A stretch of 64,000 nt of DNA, from NCBI GenBank assembly GCA_951406725.2, contig OX597827.1, positions 73,656,001 through 73,720,000 of the forward strand, written 5' to 3'. This stretch comes from Octopus vulgaris (Eukaryota). The notes beneath the pieces are model-generated. The model saw only the letters and a program-made list of their open reading frames with translations. It was not told the origin of the DNA and did not search any database. Position 1 is the stretch's first letter. Every line of letters begins with the position of its first letter. Shown one piece after another: positions 40,581-52,944 of the stretch. A program made the translations under genes and the position numbers.

Positions 40581-40724
40581 ATTCAAAAATGAAAGTTATC
40601 TATCCGGAAGGAATGAAATGCAAACTAAAACCAAACACAAATAGAACAATTTGTATCGGTGACGTAAAGGCTAACCGATTGTATATTTATGGGAAAGCTG
40701 GAGTTTATCGTATTAAGTTATATG
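40581..40724 (+). CDS. Host gene exon (second half of the degenerate F-type-lectin-like domain)
   Basis: Acceptor ttctctctag| and donor G|gtatgt; 144 nt, phase 1-1. Reads SKMKVIYPEGMKCKLKPNTNRTICIGDVKANRLYIYGKAGVYRIKLYG. Confidence 0.8.
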
Positions 40725-42278
40725 GTATGTTGATTTCTCACATTAAAATTGATTTCCAATTGTTTATTCGAATGTATTTGTGGTATTTCATATCATGCAT
40801 AATCAATGATACCAAAACCTATTATCAAACGACTATTTATCACACATCTTATCATCAAAACAATTTGTTTATTGAAAAAACTTTAAGAAAACGTATTTTC
40901 ACAAGACACCATATTACTGAAACGATACTTTTTTTTCATCTAAACCACTTGACATCGAATTAATTTTTTAAAAAGTATTTTGTAAAATACTTTATTTTTG
41001 TATGCGGATTGCAACACTCTTGATTCGAATTCGTGTGTAGAAACAAATCTTGTTGTGTTGGGAGGGTCATTGCCCCAGTAAACATACGTACTGGTTCAAA
41101 ATGACATTTTCATTGTTAGTCAAACGGTTCAATAACTAACAAACTAACTAACCGCTCGTTTGTTTTATGTGTTCGTTAAGCAATCGTTTGCTTGTGTGTC
41201 AAGGTGATTTCGTTGCTATTCTTGACCTCATCAATGACATTTCCTTTGTTTTAAATTTCTCCCTTGAGTCTGTCTGAGAATTATTCCTACGCCTGTGTTT
41301 AGGTATGCTTGTATGAATGCATGTAGATGAGGAGTAGCTTATAAGAGAGGGGGAGGGGAGAATAAACGAAATGTGTGTGTGTGTATCTGTGCGGTTGTGT
41401 ATATATACACATATGTCTGCCTGTCTTTGTGATTTTGTGTTCGTGAGTATGAGTGCATTGTAAGTAACCACACATCTACATACACACAAACTATCATACA
41501 CGCTCAGAGGCATAAGAATAATTCTCAGACTGACTCAAGGCAGACCTTTAAAAGAGAAGTCATTTTATTGAATCAATTTATGAAAAAATAAAATAATTGT
41601 ATCTTTTGTGCGGTTTGAAATAATTTTCAATTTAAGATAAAGATTATATATATATAAATATAAATAAACAAATAATAAAAGAATGTATTAATTGTTATAC
41701 AAAATAAGTTCGAAAGATGACAGATATTTCTGCTTCAGACATTGGACTGCGGCCATACTGGGGCACTGTCCTGAAAAGTTTTGTTTGGTCGAATGAATCG
41801 ACCTCATTACTTATTATGCAAATGTAAACCAACTCTGATCATCAAGATATTGTGGGAGACCAACACACACCCACACACATATGTTACACACGAAAAGCTC
41901 CTTTCAGTTTCCGTTTGCTAAATCTACCACAACGCTTTGGTCGGCCTGGGGTTATAGCAGAAGACACTTATCCAAGGTGCCACGCAATAGGACTTGAACC
42001 CAGACAAATCTGATTGTGAAGCAGACTTCTTGCCACACAACCTCGCTTGCGTCCATACCATTTTATCTACATAAAAACTATAAGTATAATATCTTTCAGT
42101 AGAAATTGTGTTACAGACTGCAACAATTTTCCCAATAGAAATATAAATTTCAAATAGATATATAATTTGCATTTGAAAATATAACTCAGATTATTTAACC
42201 AATCTTGTTAGAGAGAGGGGGAAAGAAAGAGAGAGAGAGAAAGAGAGAGAGAGAAAGAAAGAGAGAGAGATTAATGTT

Positions 42279-42550
42279 CTGGTGGTTAGGGTGTTGCATC
42301 CATGATTGTAAAATCGGTGTTTCAATTCTCGGACCAGTGATGCGTTGAGTTCTAGAGTAAAATTCTTCTTTGACGTTATCCCAGTTCACTCAGCTGTAAA
42401 TGGATAAACCTTCGGCAAACTGGTGTTCTGTTCAGGGGGATGTTGGTCTGCCAGCCCAGCCAGTCTGAGGCAGCATTATTCAAAAGCTATGATAACGCGA
42501 CTAAGTGTAACAACATCCGATAGTCTGGTCGATATAGTGGTAACTTGTAT
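42279..42550 (+). mobile_element. Degraded tRNA-derived SINE (second family); a related 3' piece lies at 14256..14375
   Basis: Head tggtggttagggtg...gtttcaattc, then ccagttcactcagctgtaaatgg. The 3' part agccag...aaKgctaWRaYaaYgcga...tgtaaca...ctggtcg is shared with 14256..14375. Confidence 0.55.
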
Positions 42551-44910
42551 AGGATATCATTCATAATTTGGGTCTGGTTGTTCCTTTGAAAATGCTATCG
42601 AAAAAGTAACAGTGCAATTCTTTACACAGTCGGGTTGTCGGTGATTAAACTGATAATCCCACCAAGCTTGTTTAGTGAGGAAGAGGACGCTGGATATCTT
42701 ACAGAGTGAAAAACAAGACTTGTTAATGGATAGCTGAATTCAGGGTTGTTAATGGACATCGGTAATGCGTATATCTGCACACATTAAATGTATGTGTATG
42801 TTTAGTAGCTTGTTTTCAGTTCATTCAAATGAAGTATGATAGGATTATATAGCCTTCATTTCGACTGCTTCATTGCTGGCGGTGGCTGGCCAAGGAGGTG
42901 CAACAGATACAAATGGAAACATAATTTTATCTTGGGATGGAAACCACAATGCAGGGCAAACATCTGAAATAAATTTTTAGGATATTAATGCGAAGTTTGG
43001 AGATCCCTTCAGCCACTTTAATAATTCTCTCCTTAAGCACACAAACTCCGTTGTCTTGACTTTATCTTGACAGTGGGCATATTTCGTGATATGGTAACTC
43101 AGTTGAGGGTTTTTTTCCATACCTCAGCAACTATGAACTACAGTCGGGATCGTAGTTTCAGATGTATGGAAGATGCAGCGTAGGTGCTTTTTTTTTTCAC
43201 CCAAACACTACGTGTCGAAATGTTGTATAGCCAGTCCTGTTTCTTATTAATTCTTTATGGCTGAAATTACATGCATCCGTAGATGGCACCATTGCATTGC
43301 AGTGGTGGGAGAGTCACATATTTGCACCAACGAAATGCTGTCACTTCCAGAGTTCCAGAATCACAGAATGTGTAATAACTGGAGGAAGCTGCTGTGATCC
43401 TGTGTACGGTTTCGTCCTTTGTCGAGGTGTCGTGCAGTTAAAATCATTCTCTCCATTGACCACATATTAACAAACGTAACTTTAGGAATCTTCTATTTTC
43501 TTTATTTCTTTTTTATGTTCTTTAATTGTTCATTATGCTTACTGCTCGGTCATCGTCAAATTTTATAAAGGGGCCATCAATGAATCAGTCAATCAATCAA
43601 TCAATCAATGAGTCTATTTATATTCTAAAGACAAATACATGCGTGTGTTTTTATTGCTCTTTACGTATGTGGATGGATTTAGATTATTTTACAAGAAGAG
43701 AAGATATTTGGATGTATGTTTCTCTCATTTCGGATAGCGTTAGAGCAAAGTTGATACACTATTACAAGAAAACATGTCTTTCTTACCAAACTATTTCAAC
43801 TATTTGCACTTGTACATCGAAATGCTGCATCTAAATTTGAAGAATTTGTTAGAAAATTGAGTGACAAAAAACTTTTTATTGATTCTTTCACACAGTTTGA
43901 AAACATGGATGTGGTCTGTGTGATGGAATGTATATGGAGCTATGTAAAATATTTTGCCACATACAAATAATAATATTCGAAGGTGGCTCAAAGTTTTCCT
44001 TTAGATTAAAGCTTTCGATTAAAATTCTAATTTTATATTATTTAAAATTACTTTTTATTTTAAAATATTGTGCTTTGTAGGATGCATTGTATGTTTGTAA
44101 TTATCCTGAGTTAAAAACTGTCCCATAGATGAAATCAGTGCACAAGATATTTACAAAACTTTTATATGGAAATCGTTTTGAATGTCGGTGAAATAACGTT
44201 TCACAAAGAAGTCGTTTCGATAAAAATAAATTCCATCAGAAGTCGATCGATTGATAAAGCATCTTTCGATCAAAGAAAATCAGGGTATGATTGATGAAGG
44301 TCTAACCAATAACTATTGAACTTCTATTATTTAACGTTGAGTGGTGTTGCCCTTGGCGAAAGATAGAAAAGCGATATTTTGATACAGAGACAGAATCAAT
44401 GATAATGCAATCGCAGTACAAGCTTAACTGTACAGACATGTTTGGGTGTAAACTAAGACTAGACGAGAGGAAGTATTATTCGGTATTTGTTGGTAGGTCG
44501 ATTAGGGAAACGGACAAGAGAAATATGACGGAAATTTAATGCCGAAAGAGAGATATGGGTTTTAGTGTAGAGAGAGGAAGAATCTAATAAATTTTAGATT
44601 TATTTTACGAGATGTGGCCCAGAACTTTAATGACCATTTCATTGATTTACATGTTTAGAACTCACGGAGAGTAAATAATCTTATAATAACTCCAATAAAA
44701 TCTGTGCTCTCTGAGACAATAGCTTTTGAGTTAGAAACGGTTTGCCAATGGATATAGCATCATGTGCTTCGACGTTTTCAGGATGTAATAATTTAGAAGC
44801 TGAACCGCAATGGGAAAGCATTCTGAAAGTAAAGTATCATTTGGACCAACGTTAAGGTCACGAAAACTTACCAAAAATATGCTTAGATAATATATTGCGA
44901 TTTGTTTATT

Positions 44911-45428
44911 TACCATCTCAATATGGCTAACCACTAAGGGTGGATGTTACTGTAGCTTGTAGCCCCAGAACATCTCCTCCAGCTGGCTATAGACACACTT
45001 TCTGTGCCCTATCGGTATTTGCAAAGGGAGATCAGCCCTAGTGGTTAGCCATATTGAGATGGCAAATATACTTCACATTGTCGTGCAGTTACTGTCTATA
45101 CCTCGTTCAGAGATTCATTATTGCTTGTATACACTTTTTCAAGATCAGTGACGAAAAGTTACTGGAAAAAGAATATAAATATTTGCATTGGGACTCCCTT
45201 CCATCAAAAACCGGTGGTTGTCGTGCGCTGATGACGGGTCAATACTCAGAAACTGCAGTCCGGACGTATCATTTAGGTTGACGAAGGAAGGATGACCTCC
45301 CTTTGCAAATACCGATAGGGCACAGAAAGTATGTGCATAGCCAGCTGGAGGAGATGTTCTCCTGGGGCTACAAGCTAAAGTAACATCCACCCTTAGTGGT
45401 TAGCCATATTGAGATGGCAAATATACTT

Positions 45429-45430
<2 letters not shown>
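44911..45430. repeat. pLTR-like unit with an inverted partial copy
   Basis: 44913..45033 is the reverse complement of about 45293..45417. tagtggttagccatattgagatggcaaatatacttcaca occurs as a direct repeat at 45039 and 45394. Confidence 0.85.
45222..45266 (+). ncRNA. Type I minimal hammerhead ribozyme motif
   Basis: cgtgcg-CTGATGA-c gggt caat actc a-GAAA-C tgca G-TC-cggacg. Canonical core, palindromic CTGCAG stem III and GUC triplet; stem I has one mismatch. Confidence 0.75.
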
Positions 45431-45508
<78 letters not shown>

Positions 45509-45550
45509 TATATATATATGTGTGTTTGTGTTTTTTTGTAATGATAGCAC

Positions 45551-45588
<38 letters not shown>

Positions 45589-45712
45589 TTGTTGCTGTTT
45601 ATCTATGTGTATGGTTGGGCATAATATCGTTAACGGTCATAGGAAGAATTTATAGTAGGAGTGACTCCTGTTGTGTGTCTACTTACACATGTGCGTAGAA
45701 ATATATATATAT

Positions 45713-46193
45713 AAATATATATATATATAGTTACTCCAAACATGAACAAAGAGAAAACACAACAACGCGAGGACGTGAAACAGGTGTAGTGTTATTGGAC
45801 GCCCAAGAAAGTAAAGAAGTAAGGAGGATTTAACGTTTCGAGCGGTCTTCTTCGTCAGAAACATAGAAAAAGGAAAGGTCCAAGGAAGGGAAGACGGAGA
45901 AAGAGAATCGCCAACGATACACACACGGTCACATATTGAACTGACAGGAAGGGAATGGGTGAAGAAAAAGTGCAAGAGAAGAAGGTATGTGTGTGTATGT
46001 GCGTGCGCTCAGGTCTCTGTGTGTGCGTGTGTGTTTGTGTGTTTTTGTAATGATAGCACGTGTGTGTGTGTGTGTGTGTGTGGTTGTTGCTGTTTATCTA
46101 TGTGTATGGTTGGGCATAATATCGTTAACGGTCACAGGAAGAATTTATAGTAGGAGTGACTCCTGTTGTGTGTCTACTTACACATGTGCGTAG

Positions 46194-46259
<66 letters not shown>

Positions 46260-46720
46260 TCTACGCACATGTGTAAGTAGACACACAACAGGAGTCACTC
46301 CTACTATAAATTCTTCCTATGACCGTTAACGATATTATGCCCAACCATACACATAGATAAACAGCAACAACCACACACACACACACACACACACGTGCTA
46401 TCATTACAAAAACACACAAACACACACGCACACACAGAGACCTGAGCGCACGCACATACACACACATACCTTCTTCTCTTGCACTTTTTCTTCACCCATT
46501 CCCTTCCTGTCAGTTCAATATGTGACCGTGTGTGTATCGTTGGCGATTCTCTTTCTCCGTCTTCCCTTCCTTGGACCTTTCCTTTTTCTATGTTTCTGAC
46601 GAAGAAGACCGCTCGAAACGTTAAATCCTCCTTACTTCTTTACTTTCTTGGGCGTCCAATAACACTACACCTGTTTCACGTCCTCGCGTTGTTGTGTTTT
46701 CTCTTTGTTCATGTTTGGAG

Positions 46721-46750
<30 letters not shown>
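45713..46750. repeat. ~1-kb near-perfect palindrome centred on (TA)n, with an extra direct copy of ~180 bp at 45517..45697
   Basis: Identical or near-identical mirror ORFs (45959+ / 46495-, 45987+ / 46467-, 45975- / 46479+). The centre is the (TA)n tract at 46196..46258. Confidence 0.95.
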
Positions 46751-46755
<5 letters not shown>

Positions 46756-47032
46756 TACCCATACATATATACACGACCATAGCAAACTTTAGTAGCAATG
46801 TAGTCCTCGCTACGAGCAAGTCATTGAACTGGTGCCTACAATATATACATACTAACAGGAAGACATAGCATATATACATCATAATTGGGCCCCTAGAAAT
46901 AAGAGGCCTCTACACAACTGCCCCGTGTGCCCGTAACTTAAAACTGCAATGTTAACATACTGTTGATTTCTGTTTGATATAATCCTTTTAAGTCTCTCTT
47001 CTCGGCTATGATGCTTTAAAGTGTTCTTAACT

Positions 47033-47200
47033 CATTAGCGTAGCTACGTTTGGGGGGCAGTAGGGGTGGTCCACCAATGGCGGTACTTTTAAAGGAGAAT
47101 TCACTTTTGAGTCTGCTATAAGCAATATGTGCTTTTGTCGAGTCAGGGGAGGTAAACGGAAGGGCCGCCCTGGGCGGCACACACTCTGGATACGCTAGTG
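47033..47200. mobile_element. hAT-type MITE
   Basis: Imperfect TIRs cattagcgtagc / ggatacgctagtg. The 8-bp TSD is tcttaact (47025..47032) / tctcaact (47201..47208). Confidence 0.65.
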
Positions 47201-47476
47201 TCTCAACTGTAGCTTATGTAGCTTCTACATATACAGAAATCGCATAATTTTTGATTTCTTATATGTGCGCGGATTTCTGCAATTTTAAGATTGTAAATGT
47301 GATATATAGTATCTCTTGTTAGCTACATCAAGAGATTCTATATCAAGAGTTACTCTTGAAATATAGAATCTCTTGTTGATTATATGTGAGATCTTGTAAG
47401 ATTGAATGTTATATTCAATAACTGTTTTATTTCAATGCTCATTTACAAAGAAACTGTTTCGATGTTATCAATTTAG

Positions 47477-47620
47477 GATGTCCACCACAATTGTATGGTA
47501 AAGACTGTATCAATGAATGTCATTGTTCTCGAGCGGAATCATGTCACCAAATTACTGGAAAGTGTGAAGGTAACTGCGAAGATGGATGGTATGGAGAGAA
47601 GTGTGACATGCAAACATATG
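47477..47620 (+). CDS. Host gene exon (EGF-like repeat, MEGF10/SCARF type)
   Basis: Acceptor atttag| and donor G|gtaagt; 144 nt, phase 1-1. Reads GCPPQLYGKDCINECHCSRAESCHQITGKCEGNCEDGWYGEKCDMQTY. Confidence 0.93.
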
Positions 47621-48959
47621 GTAAGTACATATTTGTTCAGGGTATGAGGGTACTTAGATACTTAGATGACTTTCGGCCAGAATGTACCCCGCCCATGACT
47701 AACTTAGTAGCAGCACTAATAAAATATTTAATCATGCTTCATGTTACAGACATGTTTTGGGTACCATAGCCCATGCGAGTAAAGAGTTATTGTTTGCAGA
47801 GATTTATCCGGGTGTACTTGATATATCTGGAATTTGTTCGGGATATTCATCCGGTGAATGCCTGAATACCATGAGATCTTTTTCTTCTTTTATGTGTCTT
47901 GGCATGATGTTAATGAAAGCAGGGCCAGTTGAGGTGACCATAATTATAACAGAAGCATTGGTTTTGTTATACGCAGCTGCTGATTCACGGTATGGTGCAT
48001 GAAACATCCGCATCTGCAGTGAATGCTTCATGTAGCAAAACGGCGAATCCTCTCTTTCTTCTGCCGTGGCGATCTGCACGGGTCACAGTGATATTTCTCA
48101 TTGGTCGGTAGCCCAGTGTTAAATCTTTTATCTCTTCGCATTAAAGGATGACCTGATGATTTGTGCATTCAGCGAAAATGGTAAGATTAGAGTAGTGGCT
48201 TGATTACACTTTTTCAATGGTCCCGAAAGGGACTTATGTTTTAATGTCGGCGAGGGACCAGTTTATGGACTGGGAGTAACGACAAAGGGACAGTATGACA
48301 GTCATTTATCTGAATCTCTTTTGCCAGGTTTCGGGTGGATAAGAAAGGATAATTTGTCTGGTTAAGGAATATTTGGTGGATAAAGCTGTGGTTACATTGA
48401 CGGTTTTGTCGTTTGTTTGTTTTGTTTTTGTTGCTACAGGATGTTTTCTGGGTTGTTGAAAAGGTTTGTGCTGGGTCTGTTGATTTTATTCTTGTTTCTG
48501 ATGGGTGGTTTCTTATTTCTTTACTTGTGGGAAAATCACGTGTTGGTAGTACTGCACCTGAATATGGCTTTATGAAGCTTGTGATGTTGGCTAGGAGTGT
48601 TGTTTTGATTGTACGTCAGATCCTGGGAAGATGTATTAGCGTACAATATTGCTGTAGAAATATCTCGTGTGGGGGACAGCAGTAGATATTAGGGGTACGA
48701 TTTCATTTGGGTTTTAGTTGTGCTTCTGTTGTAGCAATAGTGCTATGTTTGGAGTTCTGTGAATTAAACACTTTGCTCCAGGCTGGTGGTTGAAATAGCG
48801 GTCACCATACGGGCAATCTCGCTCGTAAAGAATAGCGTCATATTTTTGGATTTCGACTTAAATATGTGGAAAGGGAGGCAGCGGACTAAATAAAATTGGG
48901 CTTCGTAAAGGTTTGACTTAGTTGAGGTCAGATGGGCCACACTGCTCGTGATCTCGCTC

Positions 48960-50880
48960 CAATTTACGTAAGAGCAGAGTGTCTCTCCCTCACCCTGGTT
49001 GGCATGTGAAAATAAATTGCTTGTAGCCGTTCTGGAGGGAATAAATGGCCCGCATCCCACACAGTCTGGTTTCCGTGGCCACTATCACATCCAAACTATG
49101 TGACGTGAGGTCATTAAGGAAGCGACCTTGCTTCCAGTCTGACCCCAGGCCACGTACACTTAAGCTTCTTACAATGAGTGTATCCAACAAAAGGCTTACG
49201 ACCCACAGAATTGACTCAAAGCCTCACTGTTCAACAATGACATTAATTCCCTCGCAGTGGGGCGATTGATAACAAGCTGCTTCAACGAAGCAATAAACAG
49301 TTTTTCAAAAAAACAACCGCAAAAACAACCGCAACTCACCGCAACATTTCAAAATTTAACACAAGAAACACTGGCAAAAAGTTCAAACAAGAGACTTGTG
49401 CATAGAATAAAGTGATTTTTTATTGTCCAAAAGGTACCAACATACAGAGGACAAACATACATGCGGGGGCAATTAACACATGAAAAATGAATAAAAGGAA
49501 ATTTTATAATGAAGGTGAAACGGTCACCCCGGCCCCGCTCCGGGATGATTACGTGATTTCAATTATTTCAAACAAAGCGTTTTTAACAGGTCTTTGAGAT
49601 AATCTCAAAATACCATTTTAAATCATTTTTTAATGTCCTCATATTTCACCACTGGGGCGCTGGGTTCAATACTCACTTCGGGCCCCAGTGGATTTACATC
49701 TGAAGGAAAAGCTTCTTTCAGAGTTCTATATTTACCTTCTTCCATCTGAATACAACTTATATCCTTATCATATCCCTCTGAATGATTCACCCTAATAACC
49801 CCTTTTATTTTCGTTATTTTCCTCTCCAGTTTTTCTGTCGTCTGATATGGTTTTGTATTTATTTTACCTGGTTTCCTCCTTTTTCTTTTCATTTTCCTGC
49901 CTGGTGTTACCCACTCGCCCTCCTTCTCCTGCTGGTTCCTCCCCTCTCCCGCTGTCCTGTAGAGGGCAGTTTGCTCTAATGTGGCCTTTCTGGCCACATT
50001 TGCAGCATGTGGGAATCCTGCCCTCCACTCTAACCACCATTACCATACCGTCTAATGCTACTGCTTCCGGCAACTCTTCCACTACTTCCCGCGATACCCG
50101 CATCACCATGTTTAGGGACTGCCCCCTCCAGCCTCCTGCTTCCGTCCCAGTGGCTCGGGGAACCGCCATCTCCTCGTCGCTGCCGAACAAAACAGCGGTC
50201 GCCATCCAGGTCACGTCGACGTCTGGGGGGACTCACTCCATGCTGACCCCCACGACACGCCTTCCACAACACATCGGCAACATCACCTCTTCATTAGCCC
50301 TTAAGACTGTTGCCGCACTCAAACCTACCACGGTTGCATTCCCATATTGACCCTCAACCACTCCAAACCCACTCCCTCCGGTTAGACATTTGACTTCCTA
50401 CAAGACCGCCCCCAGCGCCTTCTCTACCTGATTCTTCGTTACCCCTTTTATCCCTCCTGCTTCCACCGAGTCCACCTTGTACACCACCGCATATTCCATC
50501 CCATCAACGATAATACCCATTGGGGTCGCCGCCCCTACATTAGAACCCTCCCCCTTATCACCCTTGAACAGTCCCTCCACTCGTTCCCTTCCACATTGCA
50601 CCACGACACCCTTGCCACCTCCGCGAAGCTTCTATCCAGCCCTGCTCCTCTCTCCCTCCCAGTCATTCATGGAATTCCCGACCGCCCAGATCGGACACCT
50701 CAGTGCAACTGCCATCCGAAAATCTGATGTCTTCCCCTCCTCTACCCGGCCCACCCTCCTCCGTGAGAATGGAAAGCACAACGAGACCGCCACAAAGCAG
50801 CAAAAACCAAAGTGTTCAGCGAACAGTACAACAATATTTAAAGCACAATACAACATCCAATGCAAACCAAATTCCTCAAA
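48960..50880 (-). mobile_element. Second L1/Tx1-clade element: 5' part only (ORF1 and start of APE)
   Basis: Knuckle CCKCGQKGHIRANC in ORF 49864..50214. The APE start SLSVRGLGSDWKQGRFLNDLTSHSLDVIVATETRL (48990..49190) is homologous to the 33250 region. Confidence 0.85.
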
Positions 50881-51097
50881 ACTTGCGCCGAGAATAAAGA
50901 CAACGAAAAAGTACTACCTGTTTTTATATCAAGTTGATACAATCAGTTTATCCCATCCCCCTCCGACTTTTAAGTTATGCAATTGAAAAAACTGCATTAT
51001 TTATGGGATGGACAATATATTGTTGTATAGTCATGTTAATGTTGTTCTCATACGTCTAATTTGTATGGAATTTATATAGGATTAAATTAAGATACTA

Positions 51098-51345
51098 TTG
51101 GGTTGGTGCATAATTATTGCGGTTTTTTTTCAACAAATTTTATTCAGCAAAACCAACTACATGTAACAAAACATCTTTAAATGATTATTCCGGAACATAT
51201 TCATCATCAACTTCAATTGCTCCTTCTTATTTGCTTGGCAGACGGTCACACCGTCATTTAAAAATGTTTTTGTTAAATACTGTTATTGCTTTTCTTGAAT
51301 AAAATTTGTTGAAAATAAGCCGCAATAATTGTGCACCAAACCCAA
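51098..51345. mobile_element. Mariner-type MITE
   Basis: TIRs ttgggttggtgcataattattgcgg / ccgcaataattgtgcaccaaacccaa are Hsmar1/MADE1-like, with TA on both sides. The interior resembles 11905..11975. Confidence 0.85.
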
Positions 51346-51773
51346 TAGTATTCTGTCGAAAGATTTGGTTAGCGAGTATTTTGTTCGAGAGGAAATTGTA
51401 CTATATAATTTTATATTTATTAAATTTTGTCAGATACTATTTTACGTTAACAATTTAGAAAATTATCTAATATGTAATATAAAATAAGTTAGAGCTAAAA
51501 ATTCAGCCTTGGGATATAATATTAACTTTCTCGATATTCTTGCCTGATTTTTTTATGAGTATTTAGTTTATAAATGTCAATTTTTTGTCTTATAACAGCT
51601 ATCTTCCATCTGGATGATACAAACGTGGTATATTTTAAGTATATACTATATTATTATTATAATGTACAGAAAAGTGAGGCTATAGAAATATGTCACTCAG
51701 AAAATACGTTTTCAAAATATATTGAACTAAAAACTTTGTACTAATCATTAATTCAGGCTTCTATGTTTTTCAG

Positions 51774-52031
51774 TTAATATTGCTGAAGGTAAACAAACAA
51801 ATCAATCAAGTACTTATGGAGAGAAAGGAACACTAGTTTTCTTTAATGGAACATGTATGGACAGGAATGTAGGCATGACATCCGACAAGGCGGTTGACGG
51901 CAATTTTGATCCTGGAGTCACACATAAATCATGTGCACATACTGAGAAGGAAAGAAACCCATTTTGGCAAGTGACGTTTGATAAGCCATACAAGATATCT
52001 CAACTGAGAATATACAATCGAATGAAAAGCC
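51774..52031 (+). CDS. Host gene exon: N-terminal two-thirds of an F-type lectin (FTP/fucolectin) domain
   Basis: Acceptor gtttttcag| and donor C|gtaagt; 258 nt, phase 1-1. Reads NIAEGKQTNQSSTY...KAVDGN...SCAHTEKERNPFWQVTFDKPYKISQLRIYNR, with H-X26-R spacing intact. Confidence 0.95.
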
Positions 52032-52554
52032 GTAAGTATTGTTTAAAATGCTATTCCCGTTACTGTTGTTACTTAGTCTCATTTAGGCCTGATTAAGCGG
52101 GACGATGGCCAAGGGGGTTCCAACTGTGACCATCCTATCTTTTTTAAGACAGTGATGTGTGGTTTGACGGGAAGGTCAGTGTTGCTATTTTTAACAGTTC
52201 CAGCGGCACGTTACAAGCCCTGTCGGTTCAAATTACGTTTGTTCATTTGCGTTCAAATAGTGTATATAATTATTATGCAGTTAATTGAAAGAACATTATA
52301 ATAGTTGGTGAAATTTGAACTGTTTTCTCTCCACTACTGATTCTTTGAGAATGGAAATAATTTTTTGTTTACATTTTACTTTGAACTTCAGAAGAGACAA
52401 ACCCTATGATTGGTAGAAACTTGTATTGATTTAATAATATTGTGGCTATGAACTCAGGAGATAATATCCATCCAACAAAAATTCTTTTCTGATCTATATT
52501 TGAGAGATGAGAAATTATGTACATTATTTACATTACTCTTTTTTACCCATACAC

Positions 52555-52940
52555 TTTTACTTGTTTCAGTCATTTGATTGCGGCCATGCTGGAGCACCGC
52601 ATTTAGTCGAAAGGACTTATTCTTTGTAAGCCCAGTACTTATTCTATCGGTCTCTTTTGCCGAACCGCTAGGTGACGGGGACGTAAACACACTAGCATAG
52701 GTTGTCAAGCAATGCTAGAGGGACAAGCACAGACACACAAACATATACACACACATACATATATATACATATATACGACAGGCTTCTTTCAGTTTCCGTC
52801 TACCAAATCCACTCACAAGGCATTGGTCGGCTCGAGGCTATAGCAAAAGATATTTGCCCAAGATGCCACGCAGTGGGACTGAACTCGGAACCATGTGGTT
52901 GGTAGGCAAGCTACTTACCACACAGCCACTCCTGCGCCTA
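52555..52940 (-). mobile_element. tRNA-derived SINE (same family as 7658..8068)
   Basis: Colinear similarity from tgcggccatgctg to cacagccactcctgcgccta. Confidence 0.88.
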
Positions 52941-52944
52941 CATT

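Noticed and set aside
40442-40963. 173-aa ORF as a single-exon gene
   Set aside because: Only 40581..40724 is bounded by splice sites; the rest is AT-rich intron read-through.
42600-43440. Possible highly decayed LINE fragment
   Set aside because: I could not recover convincing protein motifs by eye.
47640-47680. GMRVLRYLDDF read-through after the EGF exon, resembling an RT YLDD motif
   Set aside because: It lies past a strong gtaagt donor and has no other RT motifs nearby, so it is probably chance.
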